From Octopus vulgaris (Eukaryota), in NCBI GenBank assembly GCA_951406725.2, contig OX597832.1:34658001-34722000 (forward strand): 64,000 bases of DNA, written 5' to 3'. Below the pieces are notes generated by a model. The model ran no database searches, had not been told where the DNA came from, and was given only the letters and a program-made list of their open reading frames with translations. The translations under genes were made by a program, and so were the position numbers. Numbering within the stretch: position 1 is the first letter of the stretch; every line of letters starts with the position of its first letter. This document shows positions 44,627-58,170 of this stretch, one piece after another.

Positions 44627-45486
44627 AAGGCAGCGAGTTGGCAGAAACGTTAGTACGCCGGGCGAAATGCTTAGCAGTATTTCGTCTGCCGCTGACTTCT
44701 GAGTTCAAATTCCGCCGAGGTCGACTTTGCCTTTCATCCTTTCGGGGTCGATTAAATAAGTACCAGTTATGCACTGGGGTCGATATAATCGGCTTAATCC
44801 GTTTGTCTGTCCTTGTTTGTCCTCTCTGTGTTTAGCCCCTTGCGGGTAGTAAAGAAATAGAAATAGGTATTTCGTCTGCCGCTGCGTTCTGAGTTCCAAT
44901 TCCACCGGGTCGACTTTACCTTTCTTCCTTTCAGGGTCGATAAAATAAGTACCAGTTGAACACTGGGGTCGATGTAATCGACTCATCCCCACCTCCCCCA
45001 ATCTGCCCTTGTGGCAAAAATTTGAAATAATTATTATTATTAAGGCAGCAAGCTCGAGGATTCGTTAGCAGCATTTCGACGGTCTTTACGTTCTGAGTTC
45101 AAATCCGTCAACCTTTACTTCCATCCCTTTCAGTGTCGAACAAAAATAAGTACCAGTTTCGTACTGGGGTCGATGTAATCGATTAATCCCCTCTCCCGAA
45201 ATTACTGGCCTGGTGCCTATAGTAGAAAGGAGTCTTATTAGGGCAGCCAGCTGACAGAACCGTTAGCGTTCCGGACAAAATGCTTAGCAGCATTTCGTCC
45301 GCCTTTGCGTTCTGAGTTCAAATTCCACCGAGGTCGAATTTGCCTTTCATCTTTTCGGGGTCTATAAATTAAGTACCAACTGAATACTAGGGTTGATGCA
45401 ATTAACTTATGTCCTCTCCAGGGATTGCTGGCCTTGTACCAAAATTTGTAATCATTATAGTAGTTGTAGTAGTAGTAGTAGTAGTT

Positions 45487-45524
<38 letters not shown>

Positions 45525-45534
45525 TGTAGTAGTT

Positions 45535-45569
<35 letters not shown>

Positions 45570-45570
45570 T

Positions 45571-45604
<34 letters not shown>

Positions 45605-45860
45605 GCGGATGAAATGCTGCTAATCATTTTGTCCGGAACGCTAATGATTGTGCCAGCTCGTTGCCGTTACTGCTACTGTGATGATCATATTTATATTCTT
45701 TTCTACTCTAGGCACAAGGCCCGAAATTTTGGGGAAGGGGACCAGTCGATAAGATCGACCACAGTACGCAACTGGTACTTAATTTATCGACTTAGGCGGA
45801 TTTTGAACTCAGAACGTAAAGGCAGACGAAATAGCGATAATCCAGCTCACCGCCTTACTA
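44627..45860. mobile_element. Cluster of ~6 tRNA-headed SINE family B copies
   Basis: aaggcagcgagttggcagaaacgttag...ttctgagttcaaattccgccgaggtcgactttgcctttcatcctttcggggtcga..aagtacc repeated head-to-tail on + (44627, ~44865, ~45042, ~45240) and on - (45600-45860), with (TTA)n/(TAG)n spacers. The central block recalls the Sauria/Meta-SINE domain. Confidence 0.9.
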
Positions 45861-46277
45861 CTACTATGATAATGATAAAGTGAGTTTTCAGCTAAGAACT
45901 GCTTCCTAGATGCAATATGGGCATACTATAGAAATGAAATATAATTAATTAACAGAAAAGGAAAATAATTAACAATAAACATTGTAGTTGTTGTTGTTGT
46001 TAATATAAAACAAATTAATATATACGCTGTACTTATATATTTTCAATTGATAAATCATTTGTTTTTATCGCTATGATAATGATGATGGTGATGATTGCGG
46101 TGGTGGCGATGGTTGCACGTGGTAACAACGATAAGAGTTAAGATGCTGGCGGTGATGCCCCTCCCTCCTCCCAGCAGCAGCAGTGGTGGCGGCGGCGGTA
46201 GTAGTGGTGCTGCTGCTGTTGGCGTTGTTAGTTGTAGTTGCAGGACACAAGTAATTAGAACGCCACGCAGAACGTTT

Positions 46278-46325
<48 letters not shown>

Positions 46326-46437
46326 GTGCTGTTAGTATTATTAATATTACTCTTGTGAAATACAATTTAAAAATAAATATCAATTCTTTTTCAATTAGAT
46401 GAATAACGAATAGAAAATATACATATGGATATACTTA

Positions 46438-46511
<74 letters not shown>

Positions 46512-46761
46512 ATACGTATGCATGTACGCATGTGTAAACCTCTCGCTTACCCATGGTCTCTATCAGCACAGCATGAGTAAATGCATTATTTATTAAACTA
46601 ACGCGTTTTCAACTCGTAGATACATAAATACACAAATAGATAAATATATACATATATACATACATCATGATATTTATATACATATATGTACATATGTTTG
46701 TATGTAAGTATATTTACGTATACACACACACACACACATATGTATATATCTATATATATAC

Positions 46762-46827
<66 letters not shown>

Positions 46828-47003
46828 TTATATATAAATATGTATGCATGTATGCATGTATACACAAAACACACACACACACATATACGGACAGTGGTAG
46901 AAGGAGGTATGTTCGGAAATGTAGAAAAATATAATTGATAGACGAAATATAAATATATAAACATTTAATAAATGATAAATTGAACAGGTCTGTGTATACA
47001 TGC

Positions 47004-47039
<36 letters not shown>

Positions 47040-47910
47040 GCATATAGACAGACAGACAGACAGGCAGAAAATAGAGTACATGCATACATTAGATAAGCAA
47101 AAATATATATTATTCAGTAAATAACCAACATATAATGAATAACAAATATACGCAATTTCAAAGCGCAGAATCAAAGTAAATGAAATTTGAAAATTTGAAA
47201 GTTATAGTGAGTGAGCGGAAACGAGAAGTGATTGGGTTGGGGAGAAACAGCCGCCGAGAAATTTAAAATATTAATTATTTTACTGTCTATGACAAGTGAA
47301 TTGAGTAATTAACAGTTATTGAAGAATAAAAAGAAAATATTAAAAAGAGGACAGCAAAAGGCGAAATCAAAAAGACTAAAAGATAAAAATGACAAAATAG
47401 ATATCTACGTAATTTTGATGACATGCAATTTTGCATAATTTTGTCGTTTTGTTATACTATTGGATTTTGGAGATTTTTTTTTCTATAGAATATTGGAGAC
47501 GGGAAGAAATTCTATCACAAGACACATACTTAATAGATCGATGGCCTGCTTATTTACCTACGTAAAATTGTAGATTACGAAACTGTCAAAACAATCTGGT
47601 GTTTGAAAGCAGCCTCTGGTTGAAATGCGCCATTGCAAGCGGTTGCACTATTACTGATATTATACTATATTATATTATATTATAAAATATTATATATTAC
47701 ATACAAAAAATTTAGTTGGAGACAGAATTGTGGTAGAATTTGCAGTGAAAGGGCTAACAGTTAATTTATTTGGCCCCAATGCATATCTGGTATTTATGTA
47801 ACTAACATACTATATTCAACTTTTCACAAAGAAATCACAGGTGAATCATCTGAAATGATGGAAATAATAGCTATATCTCATGCAAATTACAAGACTATTT
47901 CTCTTCTCTC

Positions 47911-47958
<48 letters not shown>

Positions 47959-48570
47959 ACTCTTTCTATTTCACGTTTTGTTTCTCATGAAGTATTAACA
48001 TCCAAACGTTAAGACTCTTCGTTTCAACTCTTCAAACATTAAACTAATACTATTTTCGTAATATTCTGCTGCTTTTGCTCGTTTGGGTTTTTTTTTTTTT
48101 TTCGTTGCTTTTTTATTTACTTTAAATGGCAGAATCATTAGAGCGTCGGCCAGAATGCTTCGCAGTATTTGTGGCAATTTACTGTGCTCTAACTTCAAAT
48201 CGCGCCTCTTTCAACTTTGTATTTCATCTTTTCGAGGAGGATTAAAATTGAACCAATCTAAGGGCGATGGTATGGCGGGACTAAATCGACGTTGAACTGG
48301 GTGTCGTGCAATATTTTTATTCTTTTTGTTCTGAGTTCAAATATTGGGTGCTGGATTTGATTTGTTGCCCAATTTAACCCCACACATGCAATCTTGGATG
48401 CATTTATAGGAGTACACTTTGTTCCCGGTTTCTGGCTTGAGGTTACCGTCTCTCCTCCTCTCTCTCCACCTCCCTGTCTCTCTCTCAATATTGTTGGAGG
48501 CCTTGTAAAGAGCCGGATGCCTTGCATTCCTTCCTGAATAAAGATAGATATGAGGATGCATGTGTGTGTA

Positions 48571-49488
48571 TCTATATATATAAAACTGAGAATGCCTGTC
48601 TGACTGTGTGTCTGTCTGTGTGTTTCCCTAAAACTTGAGAACTACACAACCGATTTCATTCAAATTTTACACATGCCTTACTTGGGGTCCATGTAGTTTC
48701 ATGGGCAAAAAAATGTTCAACCTCTTGCCTAGAGCGAGCCCATAGCAATATCATATCTTCTCCACTATTTCAGCATTACGTGTTAAAAGTGAAACAAAAA
48801 CATTTCTCTATTTTATGTCAGATACTTTCACTTTAACAATAAAAATAATAATAACAATTGAATTATATGTAGTAAGTAATAATTAAAATCAAACTAAAGT
48901 ATAATATAATCGTAACATAACAAAAGTAAAAATAGCAATTGGTATAAAATTGCATCAATGATTTGAACTTGAATAAGTGGTTTCATATGAATGGGAATAA
49001 ATTAAAAATAAAATTAGTGTGCAGTAATGGAATAGTCCAGATGGATTATTATACATAAAAGACTATATCTAACCAGAGGCGATAAATTCGCCACAATAGA
49101 AGCAAGGTTCGAGTCAACGGAGCGTGCAAGGGAGTACTTGATTCGAACCATGCAAAGATAAAATATTCTATTTTCAACTTTATATCTGGGGCGTAGGACG
49201 TCCCGGAAAAAAATTATAAATGTCCCCCCAGAAGTAGAGGTAGGCTGGATTGTAGCCACACTTCTATACAAGAGGGAGGACAAGATACAATTGATCGAAA
49301 TTGCAAGAGACGGGCCTACAATTCCAGTCTGTTATATATTTTGAGTATTGTTATCACTAGCGATATCAAGATATAACTTTGTATTTTGTATTTTATGTGT
49401 AGGTGTATATATATAGATGTACATGTAATATGTACACATATATACATGCACTAGCACTATGACCCGGCAACGACGGGTCATAATGGTA

Positions 49489-49489
<1 letters not shown>
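48571..49489 (+). mobile_element. Non-autonomous Helitron-like element
   Basis: 5' A^TCTATATATATAAAAC with (CTGT)-like repeats. Subterminal hairpin tatgacccg-gcaacga-cgggtcata (49458-49482), then GTAG^T (variant of CTAG^T). Confidence 0.75.
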
Positions 49490-49540
<51 letters not shown>

Positions 49541-49625
49541 GAAATTTACAGAAAACGAAAGTCGAAGACAGGTGTAGGAAAAACAGGCAGTTGTATTAGT
49601 TTAACGCTCGGGAAGAATTGACAAG

Positions 49626-49663
49626 TCTTTCACGTTTCGAGCGTACGCTCTTCGACAGAAAGG
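49626..49663 (-). ncRNA. Minimal hammerhead-like variant in a short insert between (TA)n tracts (49538-49725)
   Basis: Reverse complement: cttt-CTGTCGAA-gagc gtac gctc-GAAA-cg-TG-aaag. Stems I and II are perfect, but the core and cleavage triplet deviate. Confidence 0.5.
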
Positions 49664-49722
49664 ATCGAGGGGAAAAGAACGGAGAGAGAAAAATGTGTAA
49701 GGATTAATGGTTCAACATGATG

Positions 49723-49820
<98 letters not shown>

Positions 49821-50092
49821 ATATATATGAGGATACTTATACCTCTTATAGGGATAGTTTTTCCGAGATAGCCTGGTTTAATATATTGTATTTTGAAGAG
49901 ATATTTCTTCAATAAATATATTATAAAACATCAAATATTATTGATAACTGGAAATATTCAATGGATATAAGTTACTTCATAAAAGACAATGTATAAAAAT
50001 AAAGATTAATAATAAAGATTAATAATAGATATCTATAATTAATCTTTATTCTTATCCTTTATTTTTATTCATATACACTTTAATTAATATAC

Positions 50093-50140
<48 letters not shown>

Positions 50141-50420
50141 GATAGTGTTTAAATAAAAATATTAACGTATGCGTGCACATACACATGCATATGCACAAAA
50201 TAAACACACTTTCATTTGCTTAGTTTGTTGGGGTATATCAGTTGATCAGAATGTAAACTCTATAATCTCCATTTTGCCCGGAAGATCTTACATCTAGACT
50301 ATTCATAAAGCAACTTATATACGTTTTGTAATTCAAATTGGATGTGAAGTGAAACAATTGTAGGCAATGTTAAATAATTAATAAATTGATTTATATCCAT
50401 TGGATCTCTCCATTTTCAAA

Positions 50421-50480
<60 letters not shown>

Positions 50481-50788
50481 TTGCTTGGGTATGGTGATAT
50501 TAATAAGCGGATGCTAGAATTCATATGTTTCACAATAAGGCGTTAAATATATTCATACAAATGTGTGAGCGTGTCTGGATATGCAACTATATGCATGAGA
50601 ATACATACATAGAGCAAGGCATGCGCGTCTGCACATATACATATATGCATACACGCATACAAACATACAGAGAGAAACACCCTGTTGTTGATGTTGAGGT
50701 TTCAATGAGGGAGACTGGGATCTAGTTTGGAGACCAGCTATTTCTCTGTTGGCAGGAGGTCTTGAAGTGAGAATGAATAATGATATGC

Positions 50789-50836
<48 letters not shown>

Positions 50837-51205
50837 AGTTCTCAACATCGCAATGCCGAAACAAACTATTAATATATATGTACATATATGTTGAGGGGTG
50901 GGGTATGTATATTTAGTTAAGATTGTGTATTTTTCCAGTGATACATTAAATAAAGAGAAATTATGTGTTATATACATTTATTTATGATAGGCTTACAGCT
51001 GTTTCAGATGTGTGATTGGGTGCGTTCATGGCCAGTCTTATAGGTTGATGAATTGACTGAAAGTGTGTGCGGGGTGGGGGTACTTTCCATACACTCACAA
51101 GTGTGGAGTATATTCTAAATCAATTCAACAAAAATCAATACCCACGAGACAGCATGCTACATACAAATAAATGTATAAATATTTTTTCTTTCCTTTTTGT
51201 TTTAG

Positions 51206-51425
51206 GAATACACCACCTTGGAAAACGCTGAAACAATAATCTACCCGTATGGCGACAAAGAATTGAAATCACGCGAGACTGCACGTAATGCAAACGATGC
51301 TAAGTTCAAAGCGCTGAAGTCTTTACCTGATGTAACCAAACGCCTGGATATTAATTCTTTACAAGGCTTCCTTCTTGAGAGTTACATGGCCACACCGTCA
51401 CGTTTCCCAACAATCATAATCACAG
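51206..51425 (+). CDS. Probable internal exon (220 bp, phase 0 in, phase 1 out) of an unidentified host gene
   Basis: Strong acceptor ttttttctttcctttttgttttag|G and donor CAG|gtaag. Only one frame is open: EYTTLENAETIIYPYGDKELKSRETARNANDAKFKALKSLPDVTKRLDINSLQGFLLESYMATPSRFPTIIIT(G). Non-repetitive, higher GC than the flanks. Confidence 0.8.
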
Positions 51426-51450
51426 GTAAGAAGAAACAGTATTCAAATTC

Positions 51451-51493
<43 letters not shown>

Positions 51494-51496
51494 CAA

Positions 51497-51915
51497 GTGA
51501 GAGAGCAGAGAATGCCATCAAAGTGACACTGGGGTACAAATATATGAAGCCCAATATACCCATTTTTCTTCTCGCTCAAAAGGTCCCCGAATGAGATTTG
51601 TTTAAGGATGATGAACAGAACACCCATGTTTCCAGAGGTGAATTATCCAAATCCCAAAGAATTCCTTTCGACACATGGCTATGATACTCCCCCACTACTT
51701 CTGCTCATGATCAGAGATGCAAATATCGTCAGCCACTAAGGGACATGCTCAACGGGTTAAGGTCAAACAACTGACAAGCAAATCTGTGTTATTGAGCAGA
51801 ATATTTGCTGTAGCCCATCTTTTATACCAAGACCAAACAATGTACATGATAACACTTCCAATCATTTGAGATCAGAAGCCATGAGAGCCACTGCCTGGTA
51901 CTGCATCAGAGCATT
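51497..51915 (+). repeat. ~500-bp (TAA)n-associated repeat, internally deleted copy
   Basis: Matches 44100-44580; (TTA)n on both sides. Confidence 0.85.
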
Positions 51916-51939
51916 TATTATTGTTATTATTATTATTAT

Positions 51940-51999
<60 letters not shown>

Positions 52000-52770
52000 A
52001 TGATTGGTTTTTGCTTTGTATTTGTACAAGTTGACTCCATGTCTCACTCAGAGACCTCAAGAGACAACAAGTTAGAAGTTTAAGTTGGTGTTATGACTAG
52101 AGTGCCATATATTTGGTTTTGCACTGAGTGTTGTTCTAGAGAATGTCTGTCAAAACATAAGTAAATTAAAAGTTTGTTTTTTAAAAGAAATTACATTTGT
52201 AAAATGATAGTCTGATGCTAAGATGGCGGTAAAAGGTGTTTGCTGTTATGTACATTTAAAAGTATTTTGACACTGTTTACGAATCAAAATGTTTTGGAGA
52301 TTACATAGACAATATTTTACGTAGGATGTGGGTAGTTCCTATGAGCAATATTTTTTTTTATTTCGTCCGTTTTTTGATTTCCTGATATCTTAGCTAGTTA
52401 GCAATTAGACCCTTTTGCTGTCATTCCTAGAGCTCCTATGACAACATGTATTGTTTTAGACTTGAGGTTCCACATTTTGCCAATTTCCATTTCAAGATCT
52501 TTATACTTGCTTAGTTTTTGGTAGGTCTTGACTGATACATTTATGTCGATACGCACAGTCGTATCAACGAGGAGGCATGCTTTTGTTTGAAATCTTTCAT
52601 ATATATTGTCTGGCTTATTTGCATCTATCTTTCTGTCAGTTTAAATGATAGAGTTCCAAAGGAGTGATATGTGATCATTTTCAAGTGGTTGATGTTCTCA
52701 CCAGTTTTTATCATGAGGCAGGTCTAAGTCTTGCAAATTACCCAGTGAATATAATGTGTTGGTCTACCGT
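52000..52770 (-). mobile_element. 3' fragment of R4/Dong-like LINE
   Basis: DRKIDANKPDNI..DFKQKACLLVD..VSVKTYQKLSKYKDLEMEIGKMWNLK..VVIGALG. Ends at a (CTA)n/(TAA)n tract. Confidence 0.85.
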
Positions 52771-52879
52771 GCCTGTTGAGATATTATGTAGGCGAAAGAC
52801 TGCACATGGAAACAACATGATCAATGGTTTCATTTTGTTTTGTTGTTTACATTTATTAATATTATTGCTTCGTCACACA

Positions 52880-54835
52880 GTGTAGGTAAAAATGCACCGG
52901 AGTCTTTAGTCATTTGTCAAGTACCAACAAGGACCTCAGACAGATAATACTTTCCTTAAGATGTGCGCTGTGCCCAATAAGGCTGCTTTTTGCAAGACAT
53001 CAATGTTGCATGGGGATTTCCAGTTGCCTTAAGTCTTGAAGTTTTAATGGGATTGAGCCCAACGCTCTGATCACCACTGGTATCACTTTTACATTACCCT
53101 CTCGCATTTCATACAATCTAGCCATTTCCACTTTCAATTCAGAGTACTTGGTGATTTTTTCAACCTCTTTATTCACAACATTCATGTCATTTGGTATGGC
53201 TACATCAATGATCTGACAATATTTGTCACTCTTAACCAATATGACAATATCCGGCCGACGGTGTTCGATTATACGATCCATCTGAAAATCATAGCCCAAG
53301 TGTATCGTTACTTTTTCATCTTCCTGCATAACTTTACCTGGTACATACCAGTTTTCTGATACTTCATATTGGTATTTACAGCATAAGAGCCAATGAAGAT
53401 ACACGCACACTTTATCGTGGCGGCGCTTGTATTCTTTTTGTGCAAGACTCTCACATGCACTAACTATGTGGGTTAAATTTTCCACAGAGTCTGCATTTCT
53501 GAGTGTCAAAAGTTTTATAGATTTTATACTTCACTGAATTGGTAGAGAGAGCCTGGTCTTGTGCAGCATAGATTAGACTTTCGGTAGTACGCTTCAAATC
53601 ACCTCACTCAATCCACGATACTGTATTGTCCTTAACGTCTTGTGTATTCTTTTCAAAATGTCCGTGCATTTTCATTTCAATAAGGTCTTCTTTTCTTTTT
53701 TCATCTGCTCTTTGGTTAAACTCTTCCTTGCCCATCATTTCATCTGCATTTACACCCTTATCTTTCGCGGCATATTGCTGCAGGTCTTCATTTCTATTTA
53801 TCAAATACTCGGCAAGCGCTCTCCTCTCACTCATACAATGGTCTATACTAATTAGGCCTCTGCCCCATTCTTTCTTTTCATAAACAATCTTTTTACGTTT
53901 GCTTTAGGGTGTAGCGCCCCATGCAGCGTCATCAACTTTCTCGTCCTTCAATCCAGTGTTGATATTTCCTCCTTAGTTCATTCGAGGATGGACGCACTAT
54001 ATCTGATCACCACAACTGCCCAGATATTCATTGCGGTTATCACATTTTTGGCATTCAACACCATCTTTACCGTTTTTGATACGCCTCGCTGACCTTGACT
54101 TTCATTTCTCCATGTAGAATGTCATCCAACTCCCAAATTCCTAAATATCTATACCCATTACCGTCGAGTGCACCCATGGTCTCTCCTGATGGTAACCGCA
54201 ATCCTCTGTAGGCTGATTTCTCCCCCCCCCCTTTCATATTAAGTACTGAACATTTGATAATCCTAAATCCCATACCGATGTCTTTACCACACTTCTGGAC
54301 TGTTTTGGCTAAGGAATCTATCTGTTTTTCACATTCCCAAGCAATTTCAGGTCATCCATAAACAGAATATGGTTCAATGATGGGCCTTTCTTCCCACATC
54401 GGTAACCCATTTTAACTTTCCTAAGTGTCATTGTTATGGGTATTAGTGCAATTACAAAAGTAACGGAGAAAACGAGTCACCTTGGAAGATTTCCCTTTTA
54501 ATAGTAACTTCTCCAAGGAATACATTACTTGAGTACAATTTGGTTTTCCTCTCTTTCATGCTATGCATCAGAAAAATTTGTGATGTTGTCAGCAACACCA
54601 AGCATCTGCAGGCATACAACGATCCAAGAATGAGGTATCATATCATATGCCTTCTTAAAGTCAATCCAAGCCATAGCATGTTTGTATGATGTTTTTTACA
54701 ATGCTTCAAAACTGTTTTATCAGTGACCAGGTGATCCTTTGTACCCTGAGAACCCTTCCTACATCCTTTTTGTTCCCTTGGTAGTATTTCTTCCTGTGCC
54801 ATGAGTGTGTCTTTGCCGCACATATTCCAGATTAT
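52880..54835 (-). mobile_element. R4/Dong-like LINE, 5'-truncated (RT + knuckle + REL)
   Basis: [91 protein letters not shown]. Confidence 0.92.
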
Positions 54836-55379
54836 GGTATGATTATCATCAACATCATCATTGCCTTTGCACAGCTTCTAGCGCTGGAGATGTACTACGG
54901 TGTCAGCTGTTCACTACCTGTGAACTAAGGTAACACCTCTTACTTTTCGAGCACCTTCCGGAGTATTCGAGCAGTTCCATAATAATAATAATAATAACTA
55001 TTATTATTATTATTATTATTATTGTTGTTGTTGTTGTTGTTGTTAAGACGGTGGCCTGGCAAAATCGTTCCCCGTGCCTGACAAGATGATTGGCGGTATT
55101 TTGTCCGTCTTTACATTCTGAGTTCAAATTTCGCCTAGTTTGGCTTCGCATTTTAAACTAGCAGTGACATCGTGTCTGGCAGCAACTATGTTTCATATAT
55201 AAGAGACATATTTCGCTTTCCTGAAATGAATTACATTAAAAAACACAATTTTCTTTCATTGTTTTTCTTTCTTTTTCTCTCCGGTTTCTTAAATCCTGTT
55301 CGGCGGTGATCTCGGATTTAATCCTTTCTCGCAAGGAGCTCACTGATGCTCGTTCATGATGTTCGTTATTCGCCACCTT

Positions 55380-56050
55380 ATTTATTTTCTGTTTATTGAA
55401 ACAAATCTCAAGTTTGGTGTTATTTCTGGTAAGATTTTGTGTGGGTAGCTGGTTACTACCTGTAACCTTAGGTATCCACACGTTTTCGGCAGTATTTCAA
55501 GTGCTTCAACCCTCTTCATAACCCTTGCTGTCACTAAGAGACAAACTTTCTGCCGTAGCTCTACCGGACATTCTATTTCAATCTCCTTCAGCCATTTTTC
55601 TATATCTTTGCTTATTGTCCCCAACGCACCAATTATTGTAGGTATGACCTTTACTCTCCCAATTCTTGCTCTTTCAAATTTTAAAGGATTGTATTTGCTT
55701 TGCTATTCTCCCTCTCTCTTTACGGTCCTGGAATCAAACGAGCATGATGGGTCGATAAGTAAACAACTCCGCTTTTCGTTATCTATGATCGTAATATCTG
55801 GTCTATTATTTTCTAATTTCTTGTCCGTTTGAATATGGAAGTCCTACAAAATTTTACATTCCCCCGACTCCAGTTCTCTTTCGACTTGCTGATTGTACCA
55901 CGTGTTTCCAGTTTCAAATCCTGTTTTTTTTTGGGGGGGCACAGTTTCCAGTGTATAGCAACCTAGTCGTGCCTCTATTTCTTATATCCTTCCTGTGCCA
56001 ACTTGGGGGCATTCTCCCACAATGTGTGCCACCGTCTCGTTCTAAGTTTC
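55380..56050 (-). mobile_element. R4/Dong-like LINE 3' fragment
   Basis: HIVGECPQVGT..RHD, ENNRPDIT..LLIDPSC, KVIPTIIGALGTISKDIEKWL..LRQKVCLL.TAR. A tiny related 3' end sits at 54860-54980. Confidence 0.85.
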
Positions 56051-57214
56051 ACAGGCTCTACATTTTTCTGACACGTTCTCTCCATATATATATATTTGTC
56101 TCAAGTTCAATACTCCTAGGCCTCTATTATTCAATACGTCCCTCCTTTTTGAAAAAAAATGGTAAGATTTATGTGTAACTTGAGAGAGACTTTAAGCTGC
56201 TGTTTCTATCAGGTCGAAGGGTCACGTACAAGTTCTTTCTCCATGTCACTTGAAGCTTGTGTTTTTCCATACTAACAGAACAACGCAGATTATACGTCTG
56301 TTGTAGTTATAGTTGTTTTTATTATCTGATGTTGTTGTTGTTGTTGTTGATGACGACGATTTTGTTTCGGATGTTGTTGTTATTGTTGTTATATTTTATT
56401 AATCGTTGTTGCAACTGTAATTTCTATTGTTTGTTTTGTTTGTTTTTTCATTTAACCGATGTTACTTTCCTTTATCGTCGTCGTCGTTGTTGTTTTTGTT
56501 GTTGTTGACGACGTTACTGTTGTTATTATTTTCTTTTAGAAGCAAAAAATATTAAAAAACTGGAGTGTGGCACAGAATGAGAGACAGAGGGAGCGAAGAA
56601 GAGAGAGAGAGAAATGTCTTTTTATTTCTTTTTTCTTCTTTTTCTCCGATGATAAATTACATAAACACAGCAAAGTTGAAGTAATTTTCCGTAGACTGAT
56701 TACATCCTCTACTGGTGCCGGATGGTAATCAAAATTCCATTAGGAATTTTGGTAGACTGTCACGGATATTCCGAAGAATAATAATTTAAGACTAGAGATT
56801 ATCATGTTTTGTGTTCCTTTCTTTTTTTTTTTTGTAGCTTATATTTGTTTACTTATTTATGAATTTATTGTCTTTCACAGGGAATTTTTTGACAAGGAAT
56901 TTTTTATCTATTTTCTTCCACTTTCGTTCACATTTTTAGTTTTTTAAGATTTTATCATCATCATCATCATCATCATAATTATTGCTGCTGTTGTTGTTGT
57001 TGTTTCGGTAAAGCATCGGACACAATGCCTTGTGGTATTTGTTCCAGAGCTGTGCTTTCTGAATTCAAATCCCGCCGTGGTTAACTTCACTTTTCATTCC
57101 TCTTGGGTCAATAAAATAAAATAACAGTCAAGTACTGGGATCGATGCTACCGATTAATAGACTCTCCACAAAATTACCGATCTACTGCCTAAATGAGAAA
57201 CAATTATTATTACT

Positions 57215-58170
57215 TCAATGGTATCATCAGTCTTTATAGGGAAGTTTCACAACATCTTATAATTCTCATTTTCTCTCATAGCTTTTGAATCATTGGCATA
57301 CCAGTTTTGTGTTGTTTTGAAGCCATACCCTCGGCTAACTTCTCAATGCACTCTTTTGCCTCGACTGTTATGTCTGCGCTTATACTCCTTTTGTGCTAGT
57401 ACACTGCACTCACTTTCGTCTCCTTTCCTGCAGATCCAACAATTGTTGTCTGATTGAGTTTTGTCGATCTTTGCACTCATCAGTTTCGTTCTAAGAGCTT
57501 GCTCCTGGGCGGCTATAATTAGTGTTTCTGTCTCTCGTTTCAAGTTCCCGTCCGTCAACCAGAGCCAGTAGTCTTTACTTTCGACATTCTCGGTTTCTTG
57601 CATGAAATGGCCATGTAGTGCTATCTCTTTCCATTTGTTTGCTCTGTTGTTCTTCCTTTTCTCTTTGAATTTTCCTCGTGTTTCAATCACTTTTTGGTTA
57701 TCTCTGCGGCCGATAAAATCCTTTCTTTATTCTGGGCAGCATAATTTTTCAAACCCAGTATCACAATGTTGACCGTGACTTCTGCGTTTAGTAATCCTCT
57801 ACCACCTTCCTTTCTTGGTAGATAGAGTCGGTCAGAATTGCTTTAATGTGGAGGGCGTTATGCATCTAGAATAGCTTTCTAGTTTTTCTACCCAAGTTCT
57901 GCAGCTCGATCTTTGTCCATTTCAGAAAGGGAGCAGAGCACCTCAATACGGGCATAGCCCATGTATTTATAGATTTAATGATGTTCCCTCCAGTTAATTT
58001 TGTTTCGAGCAGCTTCCTAATTCTCCTCTCATACTCTTTAGAGACGATCTCTCTCTCATTTTTTCTTCCATTATTCTATCATCTTTCAGCACTCCTTGAT
58101 ATTTCTATCCCTCATTACTCCACAACGATCGAATGATGCCGTCTTGTGCTAATTTATGCCATTAATTTTT
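57215..58170 (-). mobile_element. R4/Dong-like LINE fragment
   Basis: LYLPRKEGGRGL, LHGHF..WLWLTDGNLKRETETLIIAAQEQALRT..CWIC..ECSVLAQKEYKRRH. Confidence 0.88.
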
